Positions 25,614 to 38,442 of a stretch of DNA of 64,000 nucleotides are shown in pieces. The DNA is taken from contig DF237479.1 in NCBI GenBank assembly GCA_000708835.1, positions 115 through 64,114 of the forward strand. Reading direction: 5' to 3'. Every line of letters begins with the position of its first letter. Position 1 is the first letter of the stretch. The DNA comes from Klebsormidium nitens (taxonomy: Eukaryota > Plantae > Klebsormidiophyceae). The position numbers and the translations under genes are program-made. Below the pieces are notes generated by a model. It did not search any database. It was not told the origin of the DNA and saw only the letters and a list, made by a program, of their open reading frames with translations.

Positions 25614-26766
25614 GGGTACCGTCATTTTGTAACTGGTACCCCCCCATATTTAAATCGACCATTTTCGGAAGTGGCCCCTTGCCAGGACCCCTGGGGGGCC
25701 TCGGCTGCGCGGAGAGGCCCCAAGCCCCCCCCGCCCCNNNNNNNNNNNNNNNNNNNNNNNNNNNNNNNNNNNNNNNNNNNNNNNNNNNNNNNNNNNNNNN
25801 NNNNNNNNNNNNNNNNNNNNNNNNNNNNNNNNNNNNNNNNNNNNNNNNNNNNNNNNNNNNNNNNNNNNNNNNNNNNNNNNNNNNNNNNNNNNNNNNNNNN
25901 NNNNNNNNNNNNNNNNNNNNNNNNNNNNNNNNNNNNNNNNNNNNNNNNNNNNNNNNNNNNNNNNNNNNNNNNNNNNNNNNNNNNNNNNNNNNNNNNNNNN
26001 NNNNNNNNNNNNNNNNNNNNNNNNNNNNNNNNNNNNNNNNNNNNNNNNNNNNNNNNNNNNNNNNNNNNNNNNNNNNNNNNNNNNNNNNNNNNNNNNNNNN
26101 NNNNNNNNNNNNNNNNNNNNNNNNNNNNNNNNNNNNNNNNNNNNNNNNNNNNNNNNNNNNNNNNNNNNNNNNNNNNNNNNNNNNNNNNNNNNNNNNNNNN
26201 NNNNNNNNNNNNNNNNNNNNNNNNNNNNNNNNNNNNNNNNNNNNNNNNNNNNNNNNNNNNNNNNNNNNNNNNNNNNNNNNNNNNNNNNNNNNNNNNNNNN
26301 NNNNNNNNNNNNNNNNNNNNNNNNNNNNNNNNNNNNNNNNNNNNNNNNNNNNNNNNNNNNNNNNNNNNNNNNNNNNNNNNNNNNNNNNNNNNNNNNNNNN
26401 NNNNNNNNNNNNNNNNNNNNNNNNNNNNNNNNNNNNNNNNNNNNNNNNNNNNNNNNNNNNNNNNNNNNNNNNNNNNNNNNNNNNNNNNNNNNNNNNNNNN
26501 NNNNNNNNNNNNNNNNNNNNNNNNNNNNNNNNNNNNNNNNNNNNNNNNNNNNNNNNNNNNNNNNNNNNNNNNNNNNNNNNNNNNNNNNNNNNNNNNNNNN
26601 NNNNNNNNNNNNNNNNNNNNNNNNNNNNNNNNNNNNNNNNNNNNNNNNNNNNNNNNNNNNNNNNNNNNNNNNNNNNNCCCCCTCCACCCTGCGTCACCAC
26701 TGAGGCCTCGAGCCCCCCCCCCCCAAATAAATATGGGGGGGTACCAGGTACAAAATGACGGTACCC
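25614..26766. mobile_element. PIF/Harbinger (Tourist-like) element spanning an assembly gap
   Basis: About 38-bp TIR GGGTACCGTCATTTTGTA(A/C)CTGGTACCCCCCCATATTTA at both ends with one mismatch. TTA flanks both sides (25611-25613, 26767-26769), the Harbinger TSD. The interior is mostly N. Confidence 0.8.
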
Positions 26767-28563
26767 TTAGATATACTTCTCGGAGATGGCCATCACGCAT
26801 GGTGGTATGTAATTGAGGCTGCTTAGCAGCAAAGACACGCTTGAGCGGACCGTTTGTGGGTGACTGGCTGGTCGGACAGGGGTCATGGCGCCGGGAACAG
26901 GGGCTCCTCTGCTAATTTTCCAGTGCCAGCACTGTAATGCAATCCTGGGAGACTCCTTATCTTTGGTGGCCACAGACGAGGAGCTGAGGACTATCACACT
27001 GCGAGGTGAGCGTCAATTTTGGCTCCAATGCCAATAGTGGCTGGCATGGTTTGCTCAATGCCCCGACTTTTCAATAAGCTTGGGGCAGTGTAGTTTATAT
27101 GCAGGAAGTGTTTGCGCATCTGGAAGACTTCAAGTCACTGAGTTGCAACAAAAGCTGACACCACGCCTTCTTTTATGGTGCATAATCATGCACAGCTCTG
27201 TCAGTGATCTTGTTTCATTCTTTGCTTCGGCTTATTCAAAGCTGTGACACATACTTACCCTCCTCCTTTCTCCGGCAGGCGCATCATCGATCGTTATTCT
27301 AGAGGAGCAGCCTCGCACCTATGAAGAGGGCAAAGCAGCTGGAAGGTATGCTGGCTTAGACATCAGCTCTATAATCAGCTCTATAAGTGCCCTGGCTGTC
27401 AATTGTCCAAGTAGGGAGGTCTTTGGGTGTGGCTCCTCGCAATTGCGGCTTACAACCCTGCTGGGGCTACTAAAAGAATGCAGGCGAAGTTTTTGAGGTT
27501 ATGATTTCTCGAGGATGCCCCCCAAGCTCGCTTCTGATATGAGGATTGATGCATGATGGCAGTACCGCCTATCCCTGCTCCAAGGCCCAAGTCCCTGTCG
27601 TTCAACATCAGCCTCCTTGTTACTGAAGGACTTTTTCATTTGCCCAAGGAGCCAATTCGAAAGTTACTGTGCATGCTTTGGGCTCTATGGAGGAGCCCTT
27701 TCCGCAAAGCTGAGAAGCTGTTCCTTGTTGCAATCTTGGAGGGCTGTGACAACACGCAGCCTCAGACCTTCCAGCCAAGGCTTCAATGTTTGCCTTGACT
27801 CCACTCGAGACAGCGTCTGTTCCAAACTACATGTTTGTGTTTTCCTCCTCATGTCTCCAACCGATTCAAGCATCCGCAATTGTGCCTCCTGCAGTACCTT
27901 CCTGACTATCAAGTGCAAGAGCTGTCGAACGGACGTCGGCGGTGTCTTCATCACCACCCCTCGGAACCTGGACGGCATCAGGTGCGTCAACCATTCCTCC
28001 TTTCCTGTGTTGATGTCATCAGCGTCTGCCCGAAAGCCTTGGCTTATGAAAACCAGCAATCCATGTTTCGCCCTATAAACGAACTCCTCTATTTAGTATG
28101 CGCACAACATCCACTTGTGTGAACTGTAGAGGTCAGTTTAAAGCTGTCTGATCAAATCACAACACCCCATCTTTCGGGGGGATTTTTGCTAATCGAGTTT
28201 TGGCAAGCGCCAGTGAGGCCCTAAAAGCGCAGGTCTCCACAGGGCTTTCATCGATTTTCATTGACTGTCTCTTCTCGTTTATCAAAGGCTTTGCCTTCTC
28301 TGCACTGCAGGGATCTTCTCTCACTTGACGCCCAGAAAATAAGCAGGTGAGAGACCACGATTCTCACCAGTTAACTCCTGTCCCTACTTGATGGATGGCA
28401 GTGCCATTCGAAGTGGCAAAACCTTCGAAGGCTTCTAACTAAGCTGATCTGTGATATTGGCGCTTTCATGGGGAGGGGTTCAGCATGCTCAGATCCAATC
28501 CTCTTTCCCATCTCGTCCAGGCGAATTTTTTGTAAGCAATGTTGGCAGATCATTTACTAGTAT

Positions 28564-30051
28564 TTGGGTACAGGAACTGCAAATCTCATTCCAGTGACAA
28601 CAAACGTATGTTGGATTTTTCAATTCGAAAAATGCGAGACCGCAGCAGCGCTTATTCTTGCTTGCAGTTACGCCCTGGGGTCCCCTGAGGTGCTCGCCTC
28701 CGCTCCAAATGACGCCCCCGCCCCCCCAGCCATACTCGACCCTTTCACCAGCTCTGCAAAGATTCTGCGGATGGAGTCGGAGCTTCTCAAGGTAAGGCGC
28801 TCTTCGTCTTTTGGGCTTTCGGCAGAAGACTTTTCATGTTAATTATAGGAATACGGTGTGGAATCTTCGGCCTTACACTCTTCGTTTACTCGAAGGCACC
28901 CGTCGCAGCAGAAACGGGTCTCTCGGTTATGCCGCTTTCACAGAAGTGGTAGTTCCGGTGCATCGAGCGGCTCGGCTTTCAAGAAACATGTCAAGGGTTG
29001 TTCCCTTTCGAGTTGCTCTGGTTTTCGGACCTTCTTCATTTCAAAATTTTTCGAAAAAGAGCTGCTTACCCCTCAGAACGTCCATTTTAAGATGAACTTG
29101 ACGGGTCTGATCAATCACAGACGCATCATATTCGACATCATATTCAAGTCTTGGCCTCTTCGTCTTTCGTATGCATTGAATCAGGCTGTCAGGTCGAACT
29201 TTGAATAAGCCTTTGCCGAATACCATCATGACTCCCCTTCCTTCGGTTCAAACAAGGTCTCATTTCGTTCTCGACTAAGGACTATATATCATAATGCTTA
29301 GACGAAAGGTCGGAGGTTTGCGGCTTCTGCATTTGGAAGAAGGGGACACAGTTCGGGCGTTCTCGTTACAGAATTTTGATCAGTCCCGTGGCCTCTCCTG
29401 TTTTCTTCGTTTTGCCGCACCTCACATTCTGTCTCTACCCAAAAATCGTCCCTTTCCTCTACGTCAAAGCTTTGTCCTCTTTTTTGCTGCGGTCTGGATC
29501 AGAGAATCAGAAATCAGAGGGTAAAACCTTGACGTCGATAACATCTCCTACATTTCCTAGGTGAAAGAATTGATGCCTTCTGCCGTGCTTCGATTCTGTT
29601 TGCTTTTCAATGCTGATAGACGTATCCCGTCCTTACTTTGCATGTTCATTCGGGAGCCTTGGCGTCCCATAAGATCATTTTCTCGCGCTCACGCTTGTCC
29701 CTTGTCACCCCTTGACGTGGCCGTCGAAAGGATCGGTCCTTCCGCCACTTCTTACTTCAAAAACAGCCTCTCCGTTCTTTGAAAAGCAGACTCTCCTTCT
29801 GGTAGGTCAACTTGACTCCTTCTGTTTCGGGCGTTGGAAGACATGACCCCTTGCACGTCAGGCACTGAGAATCTGCTTTCTGTAGGTCGAGAACATGATC
29901 TTGCTCCACAGCGAGCGGCTCGACCAACTAGAAGGGGCGGGACGGGACTTGCCATCCACCGCAGGGGACGAAGAAACGAACGACCGTCGCGGTGAGGGCC
30001 TCGAAGGAGGAGCGCAAGCGATGGAAGAGGCCAAAGTGGCACAAGGAACAG
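28564..30051 (+). CDS. Unidentified multi-exon gene fragment, possibly with a coiled coil
   Basis: An exon ending ..KILRMESELLK|gtaag (28791) joins in frame with tgtag|VENMILLHSERLDQLE..AQGT|gtgag (29886-30051). No family recognised; ends not found. Confidence 0.35.
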
Positions 30052-32606
30052 GTGAGATGTCATTCCGGTCGCTTGTAGCTTGTAGCTGTCTTCATCTTGT
30101 CTGATTCCGAGACGGGTTGGACTGGAGTATGTTGACCGCAAAAGGGCTATGCAGTGACTGGTCTCTCTTGAGCAACGACCTGGGTGCTCATTACCGAAGC
30201 AGATGAACTAGGATCTGGCATCTGCTTCCACAGTCACGTTGCGGATTCTTCTCTTGACATTGTTCGCCGCACTCCGGAGGCGTCTTGGTAGTCGTTCAAT
30301 CGCATGCCCTCTTAGCAACTCGCACGCCCAATGAGTTTGGCCTGAAGTCTTTCGAGGCAACTATTTCTGCCTGATCAAGAATCAGAAGCGGGAGGGTTGT
30401 TGGCGAGATGCTATGATGAGTATATCTGGTCCAGATTGCTATCATATTGCAAAAGTTCATCTGCAGCGTTGTCTCGATGCGGCACTCCATCAGACTTGAT
30501 CTGAGTGTCCCCATTTCAATAGAAACTCTTGACGAGAACACTCCTGCCCGTCACAGGTCAACCTGATGGCCGGCTCGAGAACCCCGTAGCACTAGGGGAG
30601 CCAGGTTCTAAACCTGAATTGCATCCTGCTGGCCGTGGCAAGAGAGGGTTAGAAGCGGACGAGTTGCCATTGACAAGACAAAGACGAAAAGGCACACGTG
30701 CATGACTAGGATTGTTGACTCGTAAATGCATGCGTCAATCTATGGCATACGTTGAGATTGTATTGAGGTGTTTGTTGGCACTGCGCACAGCGACAGTAGC
30801 GCACCTTCAATGGACTTGTAGTCACAAGATAAACGAATTCGAGCCCATACTGGTACTGATGGTCCTACAGATCCATTGTAAGAGCACTGCTACAGCGGAG
30901 CACCCATGTTTGGCACTCAGGTGCGCATGGTTCGTATACGGTTTAGTGCTAGCTTTGATCTTTGTCAACTCACAATGTGATTATTGGTCGGACCCCGGCA
31001 TGACATAAACGGTTTGACGATGCAAGTTGATGCACGCGAGAAATTACCGTCAGAATAAATCACTAGTACCTAGCCAAACTTTTAGGTAGAACGGTTTGCT
31101 TGAGGTGGTGCATGCCTCAATGGGCAAATATGCACTACCGGTAATAGGCACGACGTACCTACCCCTACCAGGACATCGCAAAATGTTGCAAGCTAGCTTG
31201 TTCAATGCTGCCAAGTTTTGTAACTTGTAAGCAACTGAGGGGCACAGCTTTTGAAACATCGCTGTCAAAGCACTTCTACGGTGGCCAGCCATTTGAAAGC
31301 TTCGAGTCGAGCCACCAAGTCAGGCTTGACTCTCGAGAAGCTCCGAAAAGGCATTGGTCATCACTGATGAGGTAGCATGTACGTCATGTTAGTCATGTTG
31401 CTTTGTTGTTAGTAACTGCTTGGTAACTAGCTATAGAACATTTTTTGATGAAGCCCGAACTCCGAAATTGCTTGTTTCTGCGCCATGGGCCCAGGTGCCC
31501 GGCTAAGCGTGTACTAATAGAAGTGACCATCACTCATATCCACGCCGTCCGCGATCAAAGTCCTGATGTCATCGACGGCTGACAACGAAAGTAAGCTTCC
31601 GGACCATCTCTTCCTTATTCTTCCCCTTGGCCTTGCAATACTGTGCACTGCTGCCACTGCACTGCACTCGATCTGCAGACTCGGAGCAAAGTTGGAGCAG
31701 CTCATGCAGCTTTGGACCTGGTGAATGCGTCGCTGCCAGGGCCAGTGGCAGGGGCTCATTTGTAAGGGATGGCAGCTCATTCGGAGCTTCCAGCTTGAGA
31801 GGAGGGGTCCTGGAAGCTCCATCAGAGCAGGAAGGGTTTTCTGGTCGTGCACGCCCTCAGAGCTGGATGTTCAAGTCCTAACCAGCTAGTCATGGCTTCT
31901 TTTTCTACACTCGTCCTATTTCTGACGTTTGCACTTGCAAGTGGTGCTTCCCCTCTGAATGGCGCTTCGCACGAAATTTCGTCAGGTAAGACAATCCTTT
32001 CATTCCATTGCTAGCACCCGCGATAAATGCAGCAAAGAACTGTAAACAAGTCCCATGCAGCTTTTGGTCGTTTGCCTGATGAAGGGTGGTTAATTGCATG
32101 GTAGGTGTGTTTATTGGCAAGGTGGAATCTTTGGTTCTCTGTCACAATTCGCGATGGTCATATGACACTCGTGTGATCTTGACGAGGTCTGGCTGCGTCT
32201 GCCAGCTTGCATTTCTTATGAACTCCTCGTTTAAGCATGGGGCATCGTTCGGTGCAAGGCCGCGCCCAAGCCTCTTGCAGCTTCCGTCATTCGTTGAATA
32301 TTGCAAATAAAGCGCCTCTCGTCTTGTTTGGGAGTTCACATATTTTCAAATGCATGATTAAAAGATTACTGTGATCACCTTTTGTTCGCTCTTGGCAAAA
32401 CTGTGCTTTAAAGAGGATATATAAAGCACTTTGTTCAAGAGCTTTCTTGCACAGAACACCATTGGCAAATGAGTAGAAGATGGATATAGCCATTCGCTCC
32501 GCTGTCCAGGGAAGGACAACTGATTCTTCGCTCCGACAGTGGGAATACAGAAGCAGAACAAACATGAACAGTGAATGCTCAGCCGCCAACTCTCTCTTCT
32601 TTGCAG

Positions 32607-35600
32607 AGCTGCGACCCGGCGAGGACGCCACTCTTGTCTTGCCGGCACGCGTTCGCATTACCCCCAAATGGCGCATCCTCCACCCTCACAAAGCCTTCTC
32701 TGTGGTGCACGTGAATATCTCAGCAGGGCCTTCAGTCAAGGCCGAGTACTGTCTGCACCAGAATGAGTCGCTTGAGGCTGGCTCGTGCGTGGCATGGGGG
32801 GCAAAGTCAGGGCTGCTCCTGAAGGGCATCCCGAGGGTGGAAACAAAGTCGCCGTTCGAGCCTGCGTTCCTGGACGTGAACACGAGCGCAAAGGGCTTGG
32901 CGGGGAAGCATGCGACGGTGGCGGTCACTGAAGGTACGCTTGCAGTAGGACATTCGTTTGTCTCTTACTTGGAAGACAATTTTGAACTGGAATGTTTTTC
33001 CGCAAACTCAAGATAAAACTTTGGTTCTGGAATGCTCCATGCGCAGGCTTCTCGCTGCACAGTCTCACCTTCAGTGTGTCGGGCCACCAACCGCTTCCAC
33101 GAAGCTTTCCAAGTCCCAAGTTTTGACCATCCAAAAGTCAGTTACCCTGTTCCCAGAGTCTCTCAAGTTTTAGGAGCTCCCCCTTCACAAAGCAGACTGT
33201 AGCCCCACCACGTCAATCTGGTCTAGCCTGCGCTGCTGCTATGGAATATCAGATCAGAGGAATCTCCTGATCAAACTCAACTATTTTTAACGTCAAAACT
33301 TTTTCAGGTTCGCCTGACGGTTCTCGTTGTCTCAGATTCCTCCTGATTAGCCAGCTCGGCTCGTATCCGAGCAGACTGACTTTCTTTTATATGGTGTGTC
33401 ATGTCCCGTTCTTTTCTACAAGGTCCCTTTCGATTCAAATTTTACGTGTTTGACCCTTGGCTCAGTGAACGGTGATCCTCCTTAGCAGCGCAATCCATAG
33501 AAGTATTGAATAGAACTTCTCGATTCCAAAACGTGATCCGGAGTTCTCGCTCCTTCATAACCCCAAACCCTTCCACTTCTCCCCCTGCAGACTTCCAGCC
33601 GCACCGCCTCATCTTCTTCCTCCTCGGCCATGCGTTCCTGCTCGTAGCGCCACTTGTCAGCACCTCACTGGCGTTCTACTACGGCTCCGGCATGATGTTC
33701 GGCGTCATCCTGGTCGCCGTTTTTATTGCTTTCCAGATGAGCCGCCTGCTGCCCGTCAACCGCAAGAAGGCCTGGAACGCACTCATCCTCGGCTCCATGG
33801 TGAGGGCGGCTTCTTTCTTGTCTCTTTGTTCCATTCTTTGGTTTCGTTTGATTCTCCCTTCACCTACCTTCGGCTCTCCTCTCATTCATCCTTGTCGTTG
33901 GGAAGTGTACTCCCAGCTGGTTGTCAGCTGGAGGATTGAGTATTCACATCCAGCCAACAAAAGCGGTCTCTGAAGCTCTTCAAGTAGTGATGGCACAATT
34001 TGGGTGATACCTGGGAAACTTTGGTCCTGTGGTGAACATAATGGGACTTTCAAGGATTTCATATGTGGCCCTCTTGCTTTTTTCTGCATCAGAAAACGGG
34101 ACCCTTTGGCCTGCTTTTGACAGAAAACGATGCCCGTCAGTATACTCAAGCAATGGCTATGCCGCTCCATACCTGAAATGGGAGGGTCTGTGACGTGTGC
34201 CCATTGATAGGCCACCCGGCAACACCCGCCCGGGAGTTGCGGACCCTTTCGTGGCGGAGCTTCCGCGAAGGATGCACGTAGACGTTGCTACAAGAGCGGG
34301 GCCCCGATTGCCCCCTCGAGAATCGAGACTCCAGATTCGTAGAGAAACACAACCTGCATCTTTAAACCTCACGTGATGCAATTCTGAAGGCCTGGACTTT
34401 TGTTGCAGCTTGGTTTGAGCACCATGGTGTGGGACAGCATCCAGAGCCTCTTGGTCGGGGCGCTGCGGAACCTCGGGCTGGATCAAGGAGCAGAGACACT
34501 GGTGAGTCGCCGGTCGATGTATTCTATTGTCAAGATTTTATCAGGTGACCATTACAATCTGCGCTTTCCTATTCGATCACACATGTTAGATGAAACCGTT
34601 CGGAATGCAGTAGGTGGTGGCCTCTTGTCACCAGGTGCGTAGACGGTCTCGTTTAGCAGCCAGCTTTCAAAAAGCGTCACAGGATTACGCTTCTCGAGTT
34701 CAGCTCGAAGCTCGCTCCTAGTATTGCGTGACGTCTTAGTGGACAGAAGAAGTGACCCGGAGGAAATCTGCATTGATGAGAAAGAGAGCGGAACTCAATT
34801 AAATGTCGACACAGGCAGGTTCTCCTCGACAGGCCTCGATGCGCAGTTTTAGAAACCTGCAATTGATTTTACTGACTGCTTGGGAAGAGCAGGCCCTTTT
34901 CGTCTTTTTTTGATCTGCGGGCCTCATTCATTTTCTTCGTCGTCCCTTCAACATCCAGTTCGCTAGACTGACCCGTTTCTTGATCAAAAGCCCTGCCAGT
35001 GTCTTGACCTCTGGAACTGCACATGTAATACCCTCGTTCGTCCCGGCCTCTTCCGCTATTGTCCTCAACACAAATGCCCTCAGGGTGTCTTTATCAGTCA
35101 CCAAGAACGTGCTCCTTGAGCATCTCGACAACGAGCTGGGAGAACGATATGACACCTGTCAGCACGTCAACCTGACCCGCGGTTCCTCTGCAGGTCTTCC
35201 CCTTCGCGGTCTTGATCGTGCTGCTCATTGGCGCGTTCCTGGGGTTCTGGCTCGTTCGAAAGTTCGTTTTGGACGCGACGGGCAGCCCGGACAAGGACAC
35301 GGCGACCTTCGTGGAGTGGGCCATCAAGCTGACGGCGTTCCTCATGCTGTTTCTGGTGAGTTGTTCTCTCTGTGAACCCTTTTCCCCTTCTGCTTTCTTC
35401 AAGTCCTTTTCTCCTTCTGGCGAGTCGTTCTCTTTGTGAGTCCTTTCTTTTTCTGATCGGTCTTTGTCGCTCTCGGTCTCTTTCTCTTTCTGGTGAGTCT
35501 TTTGGAGAGAGACCTCGCTTTTGACACCCCGTTTTAGCTCCACTTGGGTCATGGAAGCGCGAATCTTCTCTGTTCACAGGATATTCCTACTGTATGAGCT

Positions 35601-37390
35601 TCACCGAAACACTCTCATTTGCTTCGTCTAGGAGGCCCATGCTTATGAAGATTATATAGTAAGTGCAGCAGTCCGCATCATTGGGTGGGGAAACCTGCAA
35701 AGAAAACCTCTGGTCCAGCTTCTGAGAAGGGAGCGCTCTTTCCGAACGCCGTCTTCATCGACTCTCCGTAAATTCGGAACCCCTACTGAGCGCTTGAGAA
35801 CGATCTCTTGCGGGCTATAATAACGCGCTTATTGAGCTTGTCGAGCTTATTAAGTTCTCTGTTAACGCATCTTCCGTGTCCGTTTTCCAGAACGGGTCTC
35901 CAATGATGCAGTTGACGTGATCGATTAACAGTACAAGTTTTGTCTTTGCGACTTCGGTTGACATCTTCATGCCAGTCAGGGGACAGTTCCGGACATTCGG
36001 AACCGTATACTGCTTATGCCGAAATCGATACCCCTCCAGAACCAGGGAAGGGCTACAACAAGAAACCTCGACAAGCGTGCTTATTTCCGGGTCTGCCGTG
36101 ACGTTGCCGAAGGCCACTGATCCGTCGTATCGTTCTTCACGCTTTGCTTCCGTCCTGTTGTTGCTATATCCTGAATTATACATCAAGCTTCGCCCACACT
36201 GTCGCCGTTCAGGTTCCTTCCTGCATCAGACTTATGTATGTTACGACGGTAGTATGCGCTGATGTTGTCCGGAAGCAAGCTGCCACTTCAGATTCAAATC
36301 TTTGCTGATGCTCACACGTTCACAGTGTGAATTGTTGCATGCAGAGTTCGAACGATTGGGTCTTTCAGATCCTGTTGCCCCTCTCCGGAGTCGTGACGAT
36401 CTGGGGTTACAAAATTGTGCGGGCACGCCTCAGCAAAGCACCAGAGGAGCCAGGAATATCAGACGAGTAAGCGTTCTCACATCCAAACCCTTTGCTGAAC
36501 ACGTGGATCCGTCCGCGCTTTCTCTAACATCTAGTGGTCGCTCGAGAAACTCTGCCGTTCATACATCTCGACACGTCGGATTTTGTCCATATAGTGTGCG
36601 CTTTTTATGCTGGTTTTTTGGATGCTCAATTCCACTTCCCGTTTGTGATTGGACCGCAGAATGCTCATCTGTTGCGGGGTCGTGGTTTTGGCGAAAATCC
36701 TATCAGAGGGTAGATGGGATTGATCCACCTCGAAATTGACCGTGCAGCTGATACATGTCGATTACAACCGTTTGAATTTTTGAATCCGAGCTCAACGACT
36801 GGATGAAAGCATTGCGATCCGCACAAGGGTTTTGGGTCAAAAGCTTTGAGCCTGACGCGGTCCGGTTCTGTTGGGCGGTTATCAATGATGTACGGAGCAT
36901 CTATCAGTAATTACGTTCACATTACAATCCACATCCGGCAGCAACGGAGAACGGATGACATGGTGCTCTCTGAAAGGCTGGATTTATGTTGTCCCGCTTC
37001 ATATCGTACAGCTTGGACGAGATGGAGATAGACGTCAGAACGCCTTCCCCATCGTTTGACACGTGGCAGCAGCGGAAGCGCGAGCACCGGCGCAACTCTG
37101 CCTCTAGCGACTTGGACATCGACCACACCGCGTTCCCATCTAGTTTCCAGACGCCGGATAAAAGCAAGCTTCACTCGGCGAGAGAAGTCGAGGAAGTGTC
37201 GCGGCAGCTTACGGAGAAAAGTCTTGCGGATCTGATGAAAAGCCCGCAGTTTACGGAATGGTTGTCTTCGAAGGCCACGGATAGGATACAGGTGTCGCCG
37301 TTGTCGGCGCGAAGAAACAGGACACCGCAGGAGATAGAGAAGACAGCGAGCGAAGGCGACAGTATTGTGACGAAGCTGAAGTTCTGGTAG
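32607..37390 (+). CDS. NEMP / TMEM194 / DUF2215 nuclear-envelope integral membrane protein
   Basis: In-phase exons 32607-32933, 33591-33799 (AFYYGSGMMFGVILVAVFIAFQ), 34409-34501, 35194-35355 (GAFLGFWLVRKFVL), 36345-36466, 37012-37390 (LADLMKSPQFTEWL..DRIQV). First exon not located. Confidence 0.8.
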
Positions 37391-38442
37391 GAGGACTTGT
37401 GCAGGTAAAAGCCGTTATAAAGTGAAGGTTCGTTTGGAAGAGTCCAAAGTTGCCTGCTAGGATACATAAGCGGTCTTGGTTGTGTGCTATGGAAGGTCAA
37501 GCGGATGGCAAATACTTGCTCCATGGTCTAGGTGGTTCCTTGTTTGTGACCAGATAGGGTCTGGGCGACGGTCCGTAGTAGCACTCTGTATTAGGGTCTA
37601 CGGCATTCATGTAAGGTAAATTTTGGCAACAAGAAGGCCTGCAACTTGGTAGGGGTTGACAGTAATAGGAACGAATTTGGAGATCAGAATTTACACGTTG
37701 CCATGTCGGTCATACCCTGCTATGACCGACCATGGTTGGCTCAAGGCAAATGATTGTAAGTGACCGAGCCGGAGCAAGTGTCTGCAGATGTTTCGTTGTC
37801 GACTCACCATGACTGATATTGATTTATTTTTTAAGCATGGATCTTCGGATAGTGCTGCAGCATGCAGTCGATCAGGCCCGGCAGTAATTGAAATAGATAG
37901 TTGCAAGAATGCTGGCACGCGGCAGATAGGCAATCGGTAAGGCATTCTGACTATCAGGCCCATCAGGCTCTTGACAATTAGTACGTCTGCGACTATAACA
38001 TGTATCGACAACAATAACATTGATATTATAATGGCCGGGCGCGCACCATGTATGTAGTCACGCCCGCGCATGTATTCAACACAATTCAACATCAGCTCAA
38101 ATGATCGCGCAGCACGTTCAAAACTAAGCTGGCGTACACTGATGTGCATGCGGGTTATACTAAGCGACGGTACAGTATGATTACACCATGGGTTGCAATT
38201 CAAATCAACGCAGGGGGTGCATGGATTGGTTCGAACGAGCCGGGTCCGCCGGCATGCAAAGTACATGTACATATGTCTCCTGCGATTCAGCATCCCATCG
38301 TGGTTAAGCGGATTTATGGAAGTACCGTCTCGATTCCTTGAAATCTAGAGCTCCTCAATAAATGTGGCATCGAATGTTCTCGTTGACTCTAGACGAAGGT
38401 CATTTGACGGCTCGGGGACCAGTACGCAAAAATGCCAGCGAC

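Noticed and set aside
25531-26816. Long ORFs across 25.5-26.8 kb and 59.1-60.2 kb
   Set aside because: Artefacts of translating N runs.
27320-28120. Decayed minus-strand coding-like segment
   Set aside because: Short ORFs with stops and no identifiable family.
37691-38293. 200-aa minus-strand ORF between NEMP and RimM-UAP
   Set aside because: No recognisable motif, atypical composition, lies in the convergent 3' intergenic region.
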